This document shows, in pieces, positions 63,845 to 64,000 of a stretch of DNA of 64,000 nt (positions within the stretch are counted from its first letter, which is position 1; every line of letters starts with the position of its first letter). The notes below the pieces were generated by a model that was not told the origin of the DNA, ran no database searches, and saw only the letters and a program-made list of their open reading frames with translations. The stretch comes from the human T2T-CHM13v2.0 reference genome, Homo sapiens, in the NCBI RefSeq assembly GCF_009914755.1, contig NC_060926.1. One strand, 5' to 3'. The translations under genes were made by a program, and so were the position numbers.

Positions 63845-63965
63845 GTAATTTATTTCAAATATCATAACAACTCTTTGAGACAAGTATTACTGTCTTGTTT
63901 TTAAAATGAGAACAGAGTAGCCTAGAGACATTAACTTTCTCAAGTAAACAGCAAAATGTATACAC
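63845..63965 (-). mobile_element. MIR fragment
   Basis: TCATAACAACTCTTTGAGACAAGTATTACTGTCTTGTTTTTAAAATGAGAACAGAG..CTAGAGACATTAACTTTCTCAAG. Confidence 0.7.
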
Positions 63966-64000
63966 TGTAATTAAGTAAGGCATTTATTAATTCAATTAAA

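Overview
Primate (human-like) nuclear genomic DNA: GC-rich, with many minisatellites (subtelomere-like character), and essentially non-coding. None of the listed ORFs is a credible cellular protein. The only recognisable protein sequences are decayed retroviral gag/pol/env/dUTPase remnants. Main content: a full-length MST/THE1-type MaLR provirus (2.7-5.1 kb); a ~12 kb nested stack of an L2 interrupted by an AluY-like element and by a two-LTR class I ERV (16.45-26.05 kb, minus strand, Leu-tRNA-type PBS), which itself holds a half-deleted HERV-L/MLT2A element and an Alu; several solo MaLR LTRs; six full or near-full Alus plus a monomer; MIR, L2 and old L1 fragments; and at least seven tandem-repeat arrays. 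Two things are not explained by ordinary repeat annotation, both old, direct, local duplications of ~330-400 bp. One is 12.15-12.46 kb, copied into one LTR of the ERV at 16.63-16.96 kb. The other is 57.3-57.7 kb versus 62.65-63.05 kb. There are also weak hints of a spliced minus-strand non-coding transcript. I found no evidence of a new biological system. Subfamily names come from remembered consensus sequences and need RepeatMasker/Dfam confirmation.
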